Shown: piece by piece, positions 1-13,299 of the stretch | Numbering within the stretch: position 1 is the first letter of the stretch | How the letters are laid out: each line of letters starts with the position of its first letter | Source: Phoronis australis | Lineage: Eukaryota > Animalia > Phoronida | Length of the DNA stretch: 64,000 nt | Assembly (NCBI GenBank): GCA_002633005.1 | Contig: NMRA01000462.1 | Location: forward strand, 296,735-360,734 | Direction: 5' to 3' | Notes under the pieces: model-generated | Database searches by the model: none | What the model was told of the DNA's origin: nothing | What the model saw: the letters and a program-made list of their open reading frames with translations, nothing else | Made by a program: the position numbers and the translations under genes

Positions 1-398
1 TTGTAGTTGTACTGTGGCTGAGTTTACTTCCTGGGGAGCACTCGACTATTTTTGACTGGGGTGCTCCCACAGTGTTAGTATTTGAAAGAGGGACTCGTTT
101 GTCTGTAGCTTCTATGAAAGTCACGTTTTCTTGGTTTTTCCCCTTTGTAGGGATTCTTGTGCCTCAGACTTTTTATTGCATTACATCTAATTTAGTACAA
201 GAATGAATACTATGTTGTCAAATGGGAGCAAATTTTTGCTACAAAAGTTAAAGCTGTAGTTGGGCATGTTTAACTGGCTAAAAAGGTGAATTGAATTTTG
301 TGTTTTTGTCTCGGAAAATCAACCTCATAATATTCCTTACCATGATAGGATTCTTTAATTTATTGCTAACAGCAACACAGAAACCAAAGCTGCTCTAG

Positions 399-610
399 AA
401 AAGGCTTCAATGTTTCTTGGGGTTGGTCAACCCTAAAACTTTGAGCGACTCAAGAAAGTGCTTCAGAGTTTCTTGAGGCTGGCCAACCCTAAAACTTTGA
501 GCGACTGAAGAGAATGCTTCAAAGTTTCTTAGCGTTGGGAAACATTAAAATTGTGTGTAACCCAAGAAAATACTTCAGGGTTTATTGATGTTAACCAACC
601 CTAAAATTGC
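399..610. repeat. Degenerate 56-bp tandem repeat (about 3.5-4 copies)
   Basis: Recurring gcttca..gtttctt....tgg.caaccctaaaactttgagcgact at about 56-nt period. Confidence 0.75.
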
Positions 611-2455
611 GAATTCAAAAATGGCACCTGTGACTGCGACTACAGTTGGTAGTGAACATAGTGGAATGGTCTCATAGTAAGGAACAGTGTGAGACCAATT
701 TCATCAGAACAAAGGTCTAATTCGATTTCTTTCCCTGATAAACAGGGCAACATGCGGCTTTAAGAATGTGAATGATGTCCAAAACCCTTCTGCGGAATTG
801 TGGAATGAACCTTTTTGTAGAACTTTGAACTCCCAAAGTGATCGTTTCATTAGGAGTTTTGTCAGAAAAAACACTGCTCCGGGGCCATGGAGAGACTGAA
901 TGGCATATGCTGTATGCCTCTTCTGTTGGAGTACACCCCCTGCATGTGTTGCACGTCTGCTGTGCCAATGTTGTTTACTGCGGATTAAGATGAATGTACT
1001 TTATAGAAAGTCTCCTGCTCTGTCTGTAAAAAATAACAATTGAAATTAATGATAATGATGACATTGAGGATACTACTAGGAGTTAGTGTATGAAGGGGTT
1101 TAGCATAGAGTGGCCTCTGTTGGAAATTCTGCAAACTAGTAGGCACCTGTTGACGGAGGTGGTTCATTCGTAAACCTCAGTTGGTCAATGTTATGTGGTG
1201 TATTTACTAGTATATTTTATTAGCTGTAATCTGTTATTTTTAAATACAAACCAAACAGCCTTCCAGCAGGTGGTTCTGTTTTTTATTAAATTTCAGATTT
1301 TACCAACTGAAGTCGCTTTGGTTTCCACTATTATGGTGGTGAGGGCGCTGATTACAGTACTGGAAATACTTAGAGCAATGAAACGCAATGTTAAATGTTT
1401 ACCATTCTTCACTAGGAAGTACTTTGAAAACAGTTCTGAGCTCACCATGGCACTTCAGTTTTATAGCCATTTATGGTACAGTCAGATTGTGTTGATGTTC
1501 TCTTATCAATTTTACCAAAGTAGAATTCGCCATAAATTCGACCAATTGTTATGAGCTTGTTATTGCTGGCGATTTGACTAGCATTGAGAGGTTCTTAGTA
1601 TGTCATTTCATGAAGCCAATAAGCGTTGGTCAATCAGCATTTGCAGAAGTCGCGCACAACCTGAAAGCCTCAATAGATTCTATTGCTATTAGGATGGCCC
1701 TTTAATAATTCCAAATTTAGCAATTCCAAATTTGCTTTGTTTATAAGATGGTAAGTTCTGCGTAACGTGGAACGTAAAGAGTGATACTTGTTACTGGCCA
1801 GTGTAAGCCAACAGAGGCTGATGCGATACGGCCATAGTCATAGGGTATCAGCGTTAGAACTGAATGTACCTCTTGTTATATTTGCTAGAAGAAACTCGTT
1901 TCCTTTCATTTCCATTTCAACATATGAGTATTCTCTGTATTTTAAGATTATGTAGGACATTATCGGCAAGTCTGTATTTCACCAAATATCTACTTAACTG
2001 TACATTTCAGTAAAAATATGGATTTTTTTAAAGTAGACAGTTTGTAGAATTTTATTTTGGGCACTTTACAAGTCGGACATTGATTGGGTCACGAGACCAT
2101 GTCTTAAGTAAAATTTAGCAAGAAAGAAATGTACTTTTGATAGAAAAACAACAGTACCAACCAATAATATGACCAAATTTTGTTAAATATAATTGTTAAA
2201 GATGAAATCTCAAAAACAATGTTACAGTGTCTAAGTTATCATGTTGTTTTTGTTTCGAGTTTTTTCGCCACAATCATAGAAGTCCATTATTTTGAAATCC
2301 CCTCATACGAAATATAGACATTTAGAAGCAATTCCTGACAGAATACTGCAGAACAGCGCATCAATGTAATCAGCCATTTCGGAGATATGTTATGAAGTGA
2401 ACGGCCAACTTTGGGTCCTGCATAACCTTAAGTTGCCTCTTGCTCTTGTTTGTAG

Positions 2456-2585
2456 AAAGAAGCTGGTGCCTATCCAGAAGAAAGTCGAGCGACGTGAGCA
2501 GCGCAGAGAAGAAAAGGCGCTTATCGCTGCCCAATTGGACAACGCTATTGAGAAGGAGCTGCTGGATAGGTTGAAGAAAGGCACG
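2456..2585 (+). CDS. MAK16: MAK16 (60S ribosome biogenesis factor), internal coding exon; gene is 5'-incomplete in this window
   Basis: tgtag| acceptor and |gtacgt donor. Encodes [43 protein letters not shown], matching the conserved MAK16 segment [35 protein letters not shown]. Confidence 0.95.
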
Positions 2586-2835
2586 GTACGTTGTTTGTGG
2601 CTGTACACTGCAATGGGGGGAAATTAAAACTGTTATTGACCAGTTACAAATAATTGAAACACCAATGGCGAGATGTATTTCAATTGGTATACATTTTAAA
2701 TGTGCGTAGGTTCGTTCAAGATTTTGAAAATGGGCGTCCGAAACAGGTTTCCTAATTTCTCAATGCGTCCTCGGCCATTGAGGCGTGGCTGGGTTTTTGT
2801 GAGCCCAAGTCCTCACGTGTATGTTTCCTTTTCAG

Positions 2836-2985
2836 TACGGCGACATCTACAACTTCCCAGCCATTGCCTTTGAGAAGGCTCTTGAAGATGAGGAGGTTGA
2901 AAGCGAGGCTGAGGAAGACGTGGAGAAGGTTCCCGAGGGCGACCAGGAGTCGTCTGCTGAGGAAGAAGAGTCAGAAGGGGAAAGG
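2836..2985 (+). CDS. MAK16: MAK16 coding exon (YGDIYNF motif plus acidic region)
   Basis: ttttcag| acceptor, |gtaacg donor, phase 0-0. Encodes YGDIYNFPAIAFEKALEDEEVESEAEEDVEKVPEGDQESSAEEEESEGER. Confidence 0.93.
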
Positions 2986-4408
2986 GTAACGGACTTTTAA
3001 TTTCAAAGTTAGAATTAGAGCACTTTGGAGCACCGAATATACTGTAGTCCAAAACGATAAGTGTCCCCATTGTGAGGAGACACAGACATTTCTTCGTGTG
3101 TTTACTACTGCACGTGTGTAAGAACTTTCTGGGAATCAGTGCAAACACTTTTGAATAAAGCCCTCAACGCTCAGTGCATATTTACAACTTGGGATATTAT
3201 TGATTTTTTCAAAATCCCAACTCGGATCACAAATTACTTTGCACTATTATTAGTACACTCGCACTTTTTTCTTATTCCAGACAACAAAGGTGGATAAACA
3301 TGCTATTTTTAACAATTTTAAACTGATTATTACATGTGTCTGTAAGCACCATTCTAACAGATACCTCGTACACATGTAGATAAGTGCATGTTTTTAGTTA
3401 TTGTCCTGGAAATGTTCCGAAATCAACAGTTATTATTTTTTTTTTGTGTTATATTGACGTTTAGATAATTAGTACATATTGTTGTTACACGATGTTAAAT
3501 GTAACATAAGAATTATCAGTTACTTTTTATGTTTGATTTATATTGATATTTTCATTGTATATAAGCCTCTTAATTATTAGCTTTATCGTCATGTAAGGAC
3601 AGCATGAATGTTTGTGTCCTTCCCTCATCCCCCTTTTCTCTGCTAATTTACATTTACTGATCCGTATCTATTGAATACTTATTGTTTTACTTTTGTGTAA
3701 AGACTAGATCTGAGGCATCCAACATCAATAAATGTATAAAAAACAGAGATAAAACAGGTTTGGGTTTGAGGCTATTTGACATCCTAAATTAAGTGCTAGT
3801 GTGCTTGACCCATAATAAATTTCAATCATAGAAAACTAGAAGTGTCGACTCATTTTATATTGTGTCGGAATTTGGTGAGAAAATGACTGTTTCTTGTGTC
3901 TTAGTGAACATTTATTATAGATATGTTGTATCAAATAGATGAAACAGTTTTCAAAACATCAGTTGACATCAAATTCATCAAAGTTTTGTTGGAATGGTGA
4001 AGAACATGGGAGAACTTGTCCTTACATTTTGCAACAATGGAAGCAGTCAAAAATGACACAAAACAGCAGGGAAATTAGAAAGCATTGGACCTCTGAAATG
4101 CATAATTTAAGGAAGGTTATGTGTAAAGTTGCTGAACCTTCTGCCAAACAAGATCAGTCACGTTAATTTTAATAATTGACGGAAGGCGACCAACTGCAAT
4201 CCCAGGGCTAGAGCAAAGCCGCAGCTTCTATTTGTTCTAATCTGTGCGCCATTTTTGTATGTGCCAATAAATATTTGACTTGCAACTTGACGTGTCTGTT
4301 TGGCCGCACCATATCCATTGTGCAGTTATGGCTGGACTTAATGATTATGTCGTAATTTGTGGTGAAGATGGCCTTCTACAATACCGTCATTATCATGTCT
4401 TTTTACAG

Positions 4409-4459
4409 GAGTTCATCGCAGAAGAAGAGTTTGAAGAGAGCGACCTGTCAGACTTTGAG
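4409..4459 (+). CDS. MAK16: MAK16 short coding exon
   Basis: ttttacag| acceptor, |gtgatt donor, 51 nt. Encodes EFIAEEEFEESDLSDFE, matching the MAK16 EFV...ESD.SD.E motif. Confidence 0.9.
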
Positions 4460-5096
4460 GTGATTAGCATGGTTAAATATGTTGTAATCTCGCCAGTTCA
4501 AGGAGAAATAATTGTCAAAATTGTCATAATTTTTAAATTTTCAAAGGCTTCTGACGTTGTGAATGTCCGGGTCTGGCTGTAGTTGGGAGCTTAAATTTTA
4601 TATTTTTTAAGCATGATAATGTTAATATGTGTTCAGTGCGATGCATTTTTGTGACAATAATGAGAAAATATGATTTCACTTGTTTGTCATCTTGTGTTCT
4701 AAATTGGTGACATTTGACATCACAGCAGGAGGGATGTATGGCATATTTGGATGACTTTTTGTGTGATTCAATATTTTTGTGAATCATCTGACAGTGCTGT
4801 GTGTAGGTTTTGGTTTACTTTGATGACTTTTTGTGGGTGTGTAGATTTGTGCTGACATTTTGTTAGGGGATGAGTGTATTCAGCCACATCTTTTCGTTCA
4901 ATTTCATGAGAAACCATAAAAAGTCTGTTGTCCTCTGTGTACCCTGTAACAAAATCTGTTGAATTCCTTGATTTTTATTTTATTTCCATTAATGAACGGC
5001 AGCAATGGACATAGTCCTCCATTAAGTTTTCGCTGTACAAAAAATAAAAAGGACCAGTTAATCTGCCATAAAGTGCGTTTTTATTTCTGTATTCAG

Positions 5097-5300
5097 GACA
5101 TGGATCGATTGAAAGTGAGCGGAGGTGAAAGTTCAAGTGAGGACGATGCTTCTGAGAAGAGCTCTTCGTCAGACGAAGATACAAAAAAGAAATCTAAGGG
5201 AAAAGCTGTAGTTAAGAAGCGGAAACGGCCACATGTCAGTATAGAATATGAAAAAGAAATTGACCAGCCTATGACATCCAAGGCTAAAGTGACGTTTTAG
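5097..5300 (+). CDS. MAK16: MAK16 terminal coding exon
   Basis: attcag| acceptor. Encodes DMDRLKVSGGESSSEDD...KKRKRPHVSIEYEKEIDQPMTSKAKVTF* with the MAK16 C-terminal V.IEYE.E motif; TAG at 5298-5300. Confidence 0.92.
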   Translation, partial: DMDRLKVSGGESSSEDDASEKSSSSDEDTKKKSKGKAVVKKRKRPHVSIEYEKEIDQPMTSKAKVTF

Positions 5301-5601
5301 TGCAGCTGACTAGAATTGTCACTGCTGTGACACGGAAAGTTGATGTCAAACGGAACTTTTTCTCTGTTTTCTGCGTGTTTAATGTGTTAAGTTTGTATTT
5401 TGGGAAAGTCAATTGACCAGCCTGTCCAAGGTGAAAATGATGTTTTGATGGAAATTGAACCCCCAGTAACACATTACACATTGTGGCCTCATATTCTGAT
5501 ATGATCTGTGAAAACCTCACTGCTTCTGATGAAATGTGGCTGATCCTTGCAATTCCTGCGAGTGCTGACTGATTTGACCTTGTCTATTCAGTGCAGTTCA
5601 A

Positions 5602-5607
5602 AATAAA
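5602..5607 (+). terminator. Probable MAK16 polyadenylation signal
   Basis: AATAAA about 300 nt after the stop codon, followed by a GT-rich tract (gtgtgtttgtt). Confidence 0.6.
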
Positions 5608-5688
5608 TTTGACAAAACGTGTGTTTGTTATGGAACATTCATGTAGTTAAAGGAGACATGTAGTTACTTAATGTGTTTAACTGGGGCT

Positions 5689-5994
5689 TTAAGTTGTATG
5701 CCACACTGTTTAGCAGGCTAAAAACAAAAATCGAATAAGACCTTTTACTATCGGTCTCATATTTCATTTGAGTTACAAGCAATGCGCACCTGCGCTGTTT
5801 TTCGAATTCGTGATTCTTGAGTTGGCTAACACCAATAGACTTTGAAGCATTTTTTGACTCACAGATTTTTTTGATGTTCTTGTTTTTAAAGGAGATAAAA
5901 TGTTATCATGGTAAGGAATATCAGGAGACTGATTTTATGAAAATAATCTGATTTTTGCTTTTTGGCCAGCTTAACGAGGTGAAATGTAGCTTTA
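5689..5994. mobile_element. TTAA-flanked (Kolobok-like) MITE; relatives at about 248-355 and 7672-7872
   Basis: Shared ttaaag.t..a...ttta.ctggctaaaa ends with inverted ttttgg/tagccagct. The internal tatcatggtaaggaatat occurs in reverse at about 330-350. Confidence 0.5.
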
Positions 5995-8900
5995 TGTCTT
6001 ATTGCAAAACGGGGGGTGGTTCTGTGAAGCAGACGATTAGATTACGGGTTTTTATGAACTTACAAAGAAAGCATTTGGAAGGTGGGATATTCCCTCTGTT
6101 TATTGCACGTGAATCGTGTCGGAATTGAAGGACTTCATAGTTGGTCGAATTGCTATGCCAACACTCAGAAAATAAGTGAGTGACGTTTTGTGTGCCTTTT
6201 AACTAAAATCATTTATTAATGATTCATGCGAAGTTGATGCCGTTAGCTGAGTGCGCAGTTTGTCATGCAGTTCTGCAAGAAATCGACATTGACTTCAGAA
6301 GATGTGTGGCAGACAGCGGCAAGAATTGGAAATTTGTCATCAAATCACAAACATCAGATTTGGTTGTTTTGTAGTTCTGGTCAAAGCTGATAACTTCAAG
6401 AAGTCTCCTATCCAACAATGTGTTTTCAGCCATAAAATGATAATGTCCTTTTAAATGGTTTGTGGTTAAAGAAGCTGCAACTATTGTCCAAAATATTTAA
6501 TTAGGTAGCACCCTATTGTAAACTTGGATTGCCCTTGAGGAGCAACTCCTTGTGCACGTAAACCTTCTGTATTTTCACTGCCGAATTTCAGATCAGTCTT
6601 CAGAGAATTGTCTGCAGTTTTTTGGTCAGGCTCCTGGATTTTTTAGCGGGGCTACAAAAATGGTCACTTTCAGAGGGGCTGTTGTTTCTTGACAAAAGTG
6701 TTCCTCAGCACCGCAGGCAATTTTGTGTCAGAATTCAAAAACCACAATTATCATTATATTTGGTCATGACCGACTGCTTCCCAAAAGATGGAAGAATAAA
6801 ACAATTAATTTGCATCACTCGATTTCATTTGAAAGGAGAGGGTTCCTAACATTTCTCTTCCAGTTACAATACTTCTTGTCTAATTTGAAATAAAATATAC
6901 AATATCCACAGTAATGTTTTCTCCAATTCAAAGAAAAATGATATGTTACCATGCTCTATTCAGATAGTTTATATACAGAGCAGGTGTAGTATACTCTTAG
7001 ACTAATTGGTGTGTGTTAATTAGTGTTTGAGTTGCCCCCTCATTGTGCACTAGCATAATGCTATTTCAAGCATGTTGCTTCGACAGCTCATTCAGGAACT
7101 AATAAGACTGATTGGTTGATGTGATCACGCACTTGTTTGTTTCAGACCTGCATAAACTGTTAGATAACTTCTCACTTATGTCAAGGTTGAGCTAAATATG
7201 CAATGTCCTCTGTGTGTACGTGGTAGCGTTCTCCAACGAGAAACTTCGGCGGCATTGGGATTTCAAATATCATTAAAATCTGTACACTGGGTCGGTATGC
7301 CTCCACGCATCACTTTCGTTTATGCAATCCATGCTTGTGTAATTTTGTGTAAATTAAATCCTGAATTCAAACCCACATAATCTTAAGAAGTTTTAAATCT
7401 CAAAATTAAAACGTTTATCTGCACACCTGAGAAATTTTGCTTTTAGGAACAGTAGGTGCAAGATGGTGATGCATACCTGGTGATGTTGAAATTAATACCA
7501 TTTCTTCAAGTTTGAGACACTGCTGGTTTTTTAAATTGAATCAAAAATAACACAGCTCCTTGCCTGTTGAAAAGAAGAGAAAATGAGTTGAAGGGAAATT
7601 CAAATGTTGACTTAACACAGGTTTAGAATGTATCCTGATGTTAGATTGGTCACTAAAAAATTACCAAACATTTAAAGTCGCATTTTGCTCCATTTAGCTG
7701 GCTAAAAAACAAACAAACAAATTGAATTGGTCCTTTTATTCTCTTAAACTCAGTTTCCTAATATTCGTTGCCATAGGATTCCATTTAAATTACATGCAAG
7801 GTATATTAAGTGAAATGCCTGATTTGATGTTTTCATTTTTAGTCAGCTAAAGGGGACAAAATTCTGCTTAAAACTTGGTGCATGAAAGTCACAACAGTTC
7901 TGCTCTGATATGGAAGTAAACGCAGAATCCCCAAAAGTAAGGTAATTATTACAGGTAGTTCCAGGTGCATATTTTTGTACTGAATATGGTGAAGTTTCTT
8001 CAAATTAGAATACAGTATGGTGGGTTAGTAAAAATTTATTTTCTTAAAATTTTCAACAAGAGTGAACATCAATACATTTTTTTATTTGAAAACTATGTAG
8101 TTGGATTGTCATCAGCAAACCCATGATGAAGTGCTGAACATTTTTGGTAATAGAGTGAGTGTTTGAAAAAATTTACGTTTTTATTCGACTTTGAGAAAAG
8201 TTTACCTTAACCTAGCAATAAGAAGTGTTGTAACTTGGTAATTGATGAGACATGGTGGTGTCCAGTTTACCTTTATTTGTAATTTTAGTAGACACCATTT
8301 CAAAACGAGGCATCAACCATTGGGAAGTGATTAGATCATGGCATTTATGAGACTAATATGAAAATCAATGTCCGTAACTAATTAAAAGGCTTTCGTGAGT
8401 CGTTGATTGTTGTTAGTCTAAAATAAGAACATGATATTGGTAGCGAACACGTGACACGGGAATGAATGGAAAATTTCGTGCATGTATTTTTCAGTACATG
8501 TACCTCCAATGCAAATTTTGAAATGGTGTGAAGCGGATTCATTCACATTTCAGAAATTTGTACTGAGATAATGTCCAGGACGTTTATATTTAAAAATAAT
8601 AAGTGTTGAACACTAGCATGAGCGTTTAAAGGCAAATTTGAAAAATGCGGTGTTGTATTACTGCTCTAAATTCTACAGTTTGAGAAGCAAAATAGCGGAG
8701 AAGTGGACTTTAATTTTTATGGACAAAAACTGTTATTTAGTTCTTTGCAAGGTTTAAAATTTTACGGGATTTTACACAATTTTGAGTATTTTCAGTGACA
8801 GCAGTAAGTGTTAAATTAATGTAATGTGCAACCACGAAAATGTCGAAATTTTGTGAACTTCAGAACAATATATCCAAAACCGGTGGTCAGATTCAAATTC

Positions 8901-9047
8901 TACAAACTTTATACTTTCAGGGATTATTTTACAAGAATAATTCCCTCTAATTTGTCGTGTTCCCATGCATTCGACTATTCCAACAAATTCTGTAGGCTCT
9001 ATTGGCGGGTCTTGAAAATGTGTTAATCTGGACTTATAGGAGACCTA

Positions 9048-9870
9048 GGCGGATTTAGGGGGCCCGGCCTCCCCCCCCCCCCTTGGCTGCCGCAAACAAA
9101 AATAAAACAGCAAGAGCTTAGAGAAATGTTGAGTTTATTAATTAACCCCAGTAATTAAAATGATACTCCTGAAACAAGATTTAAATGTGTGCAGTTTTAG
9201 TGTTGGGGGGCTCAGATCCAATTTCAAGTGTCACATTCGGAACACGGCGCAATCCTATCGGAACTATGGCTAAGTATCTAGGCTCTACCGCGATATCCCA
9301 GGCGACCGGTAGTGGCGCTGCACACTACGACTCCCGTTTCCGACATCTGCTCCACTGTGCAATTCATTTTTTAAAGAAAATGGAATGTGAGTGACGATTA
9401 AAAAACCGAAGCTGCTGGTAAGATGTGAATTTTAATCGAAACCTTAGTGAATCACTCAGAAACTCATAGTTAAGTCTCTCTTTGTCAAACCTTAACTTAA
9501 GACGATTTCCAAAGCAATCGCGTCATTATTGCCAACACAAAAATGGATTTGGTCTTTTGGGCAATTGAAGAGTATTTTAAATACAACAAATTTGTTACGA
9601 ACTGATTGCACAAAATATAAAACGTGTAATAAGCGTTACAAAAATAAGTAGGTTTCGTGCGTAAACGCTGTAGACCATAAACAAGTAGGTCTCTTAAAAT
9701 TAAAGTAGAAGTTAAGTCGTGGTGGTGCAATTGTAAAGCACGCGCGCTTACTCGCAGTTTTTCCTGTTAGACATATTCTCCGTGTTGCGCATCTACAATG
9801 TGCTTTGCGCAAATATTCGCAGACAAAATGTTGTCACCCCCCCCCCAGTGATATTCTAGATCCGCCACTG
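9048..9870. mobile_element. hAT-like non-autonomous element
   Basis: Termini ggcggatttagggggc...poly-C and poly-C...tagatccgccactg (reverse complement CAGTGGCGGATCTA); no clean TSD. Confidence 0.55.
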
Positions 9871-11944
9871 GGACACTGATAAGATCCAGTTGCGGAATTG
9901 ATTACTGCTGGAGCATTAAATGCAATAATTCCTTTTATAGTCAAAAGCAGTGGTTCTTGAATTTTAATCAACAAACTTGGTAAGTCATTAATAAAATTTC
10001 CCAGTTACAGTAAAAATGCGAAATTTGACTGAAATCATTATATCTGTAAATTTGTGTCACAATTTAAAAATGTTTCCTAGTAAAAATTTGCCTGAAAAAA
10101 TACTGGGATTACTTCAGGCTATTTTCGCATGAGAATGCTACACGTGCAAGGTTCATTATTTTGCTTAAGGTCGGAGCCCTTAGCAAACTTTAGAAAGAGG
10201 CAATATTGAACATCTCAAATTCAAGAATTTCCATCTCCAATTAACAGTCATCCACCTTGATGTAGTACACCATGAATAGGCATGAAACATTGTGTAGGCA
10301 GCTATTTCTGTTGGTTTTATGAACTGCCAAGTCTATAGATTGCCCTTAATATAGAACCCAGTGTCACATATTTAAGAGAAATGATAAATTGCAAAGCTGC
10401 CACTTACCTGGAGGCTTTGGGCCGTAGGTTACAGGAGGCTTAAAAACCACTTCTGTGACCACTTTGGGTGGGGGAAGTGGCAATTTGAGGGGAATTTTTT
10501 AATGTTTTTTGATTAAAAATTTATTGCATTTTATGAAAGTATAACGTCACTCATGCTTTCTCTTTTGTATTTCGTGAAACTAAACTTGGCTAATGGCTGC
10601 AAATTGGACAGAATGGAGCATATTTAAAAACAATGTAATCACGTGTCCATGTGCGGCACTGTAAATACTTCATCAAGTCATAAACTAATAAGAATGCTTT
10701 TATGACGTGATGGAATATATACCAAACTGACGATGTCGGCAGTTTATTTTGTCCGTGAGGTCGTTTAGCTCATTGATTTCATTGAACACATTTTCAAATC
10801 TTTCACACGTGTAATTTGATTTTCCCCAAAAAATGTTTAACTTACTCAAAGTGGTGAGAAAGATTCACTATTTTAAATCCAAATCTGCCATACCTTCTTT
10901 ATCATTTACACTGATGTTACTGTTAGCATTTAATGTAACAAAGATTAAGGTAAACCCTAAAATTTCTTGAGAAAACCCAATCCGTTGTTTTATCAAACTA
11001 GGCAGGAACTGACAACAGTGTTTTGGTTTTGACCGTCCTAGAACACCCTCTCGTTTTAGAACAATTGGATTCATTGCAATACTGATTGAACTTTTTAAAG
11101 GAAAATGCTTTTAAAAATTGATTGCGGTGCCAACACTGAATGGACAGGAAGTTCGTCCTTAAATTTGCTGCTTCTTTACTCCCCTATCCAACTGCGTCTC
11201 AGACGACATGTCCACAGCCTGATCATACCGTCAAGATCCTCCTACACTGCCATGTCCCCTCAGGTTTGTGTTTCCGAAGTCGATGTTCCCCCAAGTCTTG
11301 TAATCCCACCAGCCATTAATTTAATTTCTGCGCGACTTAATGGTGTGCATCAGCTGCATAAGTCGATCATTTTCCGGGGGAGGGGAGGTGAATTGAAATG
11401 GGTGGCAACTTGGGGTTACTTTTCAGTTAGCAAAGCTGAATTGTTTTGACGGAGGGCAATGAACAGGGGGCCCCGCTGTACCCCCAGAAGACGCACTAAT
11501 ATCATTAACCACAGATAAAAGACAACTCCATCTTTGTTCTCCGTTTCGTCTACATGAGACTGAGAAGGGTGTCTCTGTGAACAGTTTCTAAATGTCGAAT
11601 GAGCGCCATTAACATGCTTAAAATTGGTTTAGAAATACGAGAACAAACACAGTCATATTACACGTTTCTTGGTGAACATGCCAGTTTTGCTAAGGGATTT
11701 AATAGACTACCAAATTTGTAATCCCTCTGATGTAAAGAAGACTTGGAATCACGCCTAAATTATTATGGATGGGACCAGGGAGGCATTGTAAATAATATCA
11801 AACCCGCGACTTTTGAGTCGGGGAAACATCGCGACGCCGGGAGAACCTAAAGACTGGGGAACATTGGACATGAAAAACAATAGCTGCCTTCGTGGGTAAA
11901 GTTGAAAAGAGAGGATCAAGGAACTATTTGGGTGAGTACATTAT

Positions 11945-12685
11945 AGGTACCAGGAAATATATGGATCTAAAGAGAGTAAATGAACATTACTGAATATAAC
12001 AAGGTACCAGGAAATATATGGAACTAAAGAGAGTAAATGAACATTACTGAATATAACAAGGTACCAGGAAATATATGAAACTAAAGAGAGTAAATGAACA
12101 TTACTGAATATAACAAGGTACCAGGAAATATATGGAACTAAAGAGAGTAAATGAACATTACTGAATATAACAAGGTACCGGGAAATATATGGAACTAAAG
12201 AGAGTAAATGAACATTACTGAATATAACAAGGTACCGGGAAATATATGGAACTAAAGAGAGTAAATGAACATTACTGAATATAACAAGGTACCGGGAAAT
12301 ATATGGAACTAAAGAGAGTAAATGAACATTACTGAATATAACAAGGTACCGGGAAATATATGGAACTAAAGAGAGTAAATGAACATTACTGAATATAACA
12401 AGGTACCGGGAAATATATGGAACTAAAGAGAGTAAATGAACATTACTGAATATAACAAGGTACCGGGAAATATATGGAACTAAAGAGAGTAAATGAACAT
12501 TACTGAATATAACAAGGTACCGGGAAATATATGGAACTAAAGAGAGTAAATGAACATTACTGAATATAACAAGGTACCGGGAAATATATGGAACTAAAGA
12601 GAGTAAATGAACATTACTGAATATAACAAGGTACCAGGCAATATATGGAACTAAAGAGAGTAAATGAACATTACTGAATATAACA
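11945..12685. repeat. 57-bp minisatellite, exactly 13 copies
   Basis: Unit aggtacc(a/g)ggaaatatatggaactaaagagagtaaatgaacattactgaatataaca; 741 nt = 13 x 57. Confidence 0.97.
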
Positions 12686-13299
12686 GAAAAAATGAATTTG
12701 CTCTCAAAACCCAAGTTCATTTGCTTTTTTGTCAGAAGTTGTTGACTTGTTGTGTTACAAATATACACAAGCTTTACTGGAAAGGTAAACATTGATGTCT
12801 AAAAAGAATTAAATCTACCTTTCTGGAAGTGTTCCTAAACACAATTCATTAGTAGCAAAAATGCAACGATGTGTGGAATGGATTAAAATATGATTGATGA
12901 TAATGATATTGTTTGAACATAATTATGGTAAAAAATCAAATGTGCAATTTATAAGAAACTGATATATCTATCAAGACAATTTAGTAACATCGTTTACTGA
13001 ACAGCAGTTTGACACAAACTAACTGCAGCTACAAAAAATCTCTGTTAATACGCAAACGAGTGCAAATAACAAGCTACGTTTTAGCGGATGAATGTATGTT
13101 TATTTTCATCATTCAGTAGTTTAATGATTATAACCATGTGAAATTGATCCTGCTGTTTATATAACTAGGTAACGTAGCACAAGTTTACCAATGGCAGAAA
13201 ATCTACCTCCCGGAAAACAGAAAAACTCGTACAAAAATAAAACAATAGGGTTTTATTAGTCAATCATCAATTACGACAAGGAGTTAAAAATGCACTTCT

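Noticed and set aside
717-968. Cys-containing 83-aa minus-strand ORF in the MAK16 intron
   Set aside because: Non-ATG start and no recognisable domain or exon structure.
1195-1554. ORF with RIRHK as a possible upstream MAK16 exon
   Set aside because: The match to MAK16 (IRHKCKQR) is only four residues and has no supporting splice sites; the upstream exons are probably before the window.
4745-4900. Possible C/D-box snoRNA in the last MAK16 intron (TGATGA...CTGA)
   Set aside because: Boxes are too close together, with no terminal stem or final D box; better explained by a short local duplication. An Infernal/snoscan search would settle it.
11140-11936. Exon-like, coding-looking patches with donors at about 11263 and 11931
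   Set aside because: Frames are interrupted by stops and resemble no family I can recognise; cannot support a gene.
11941-12792. 283-aa ORF as a membrane protein gene, or the array as a CRISPR
   Set aside because: It is the translation of a 57-bp minisatellite; there are no unique spacers and the context is eukaryotic.
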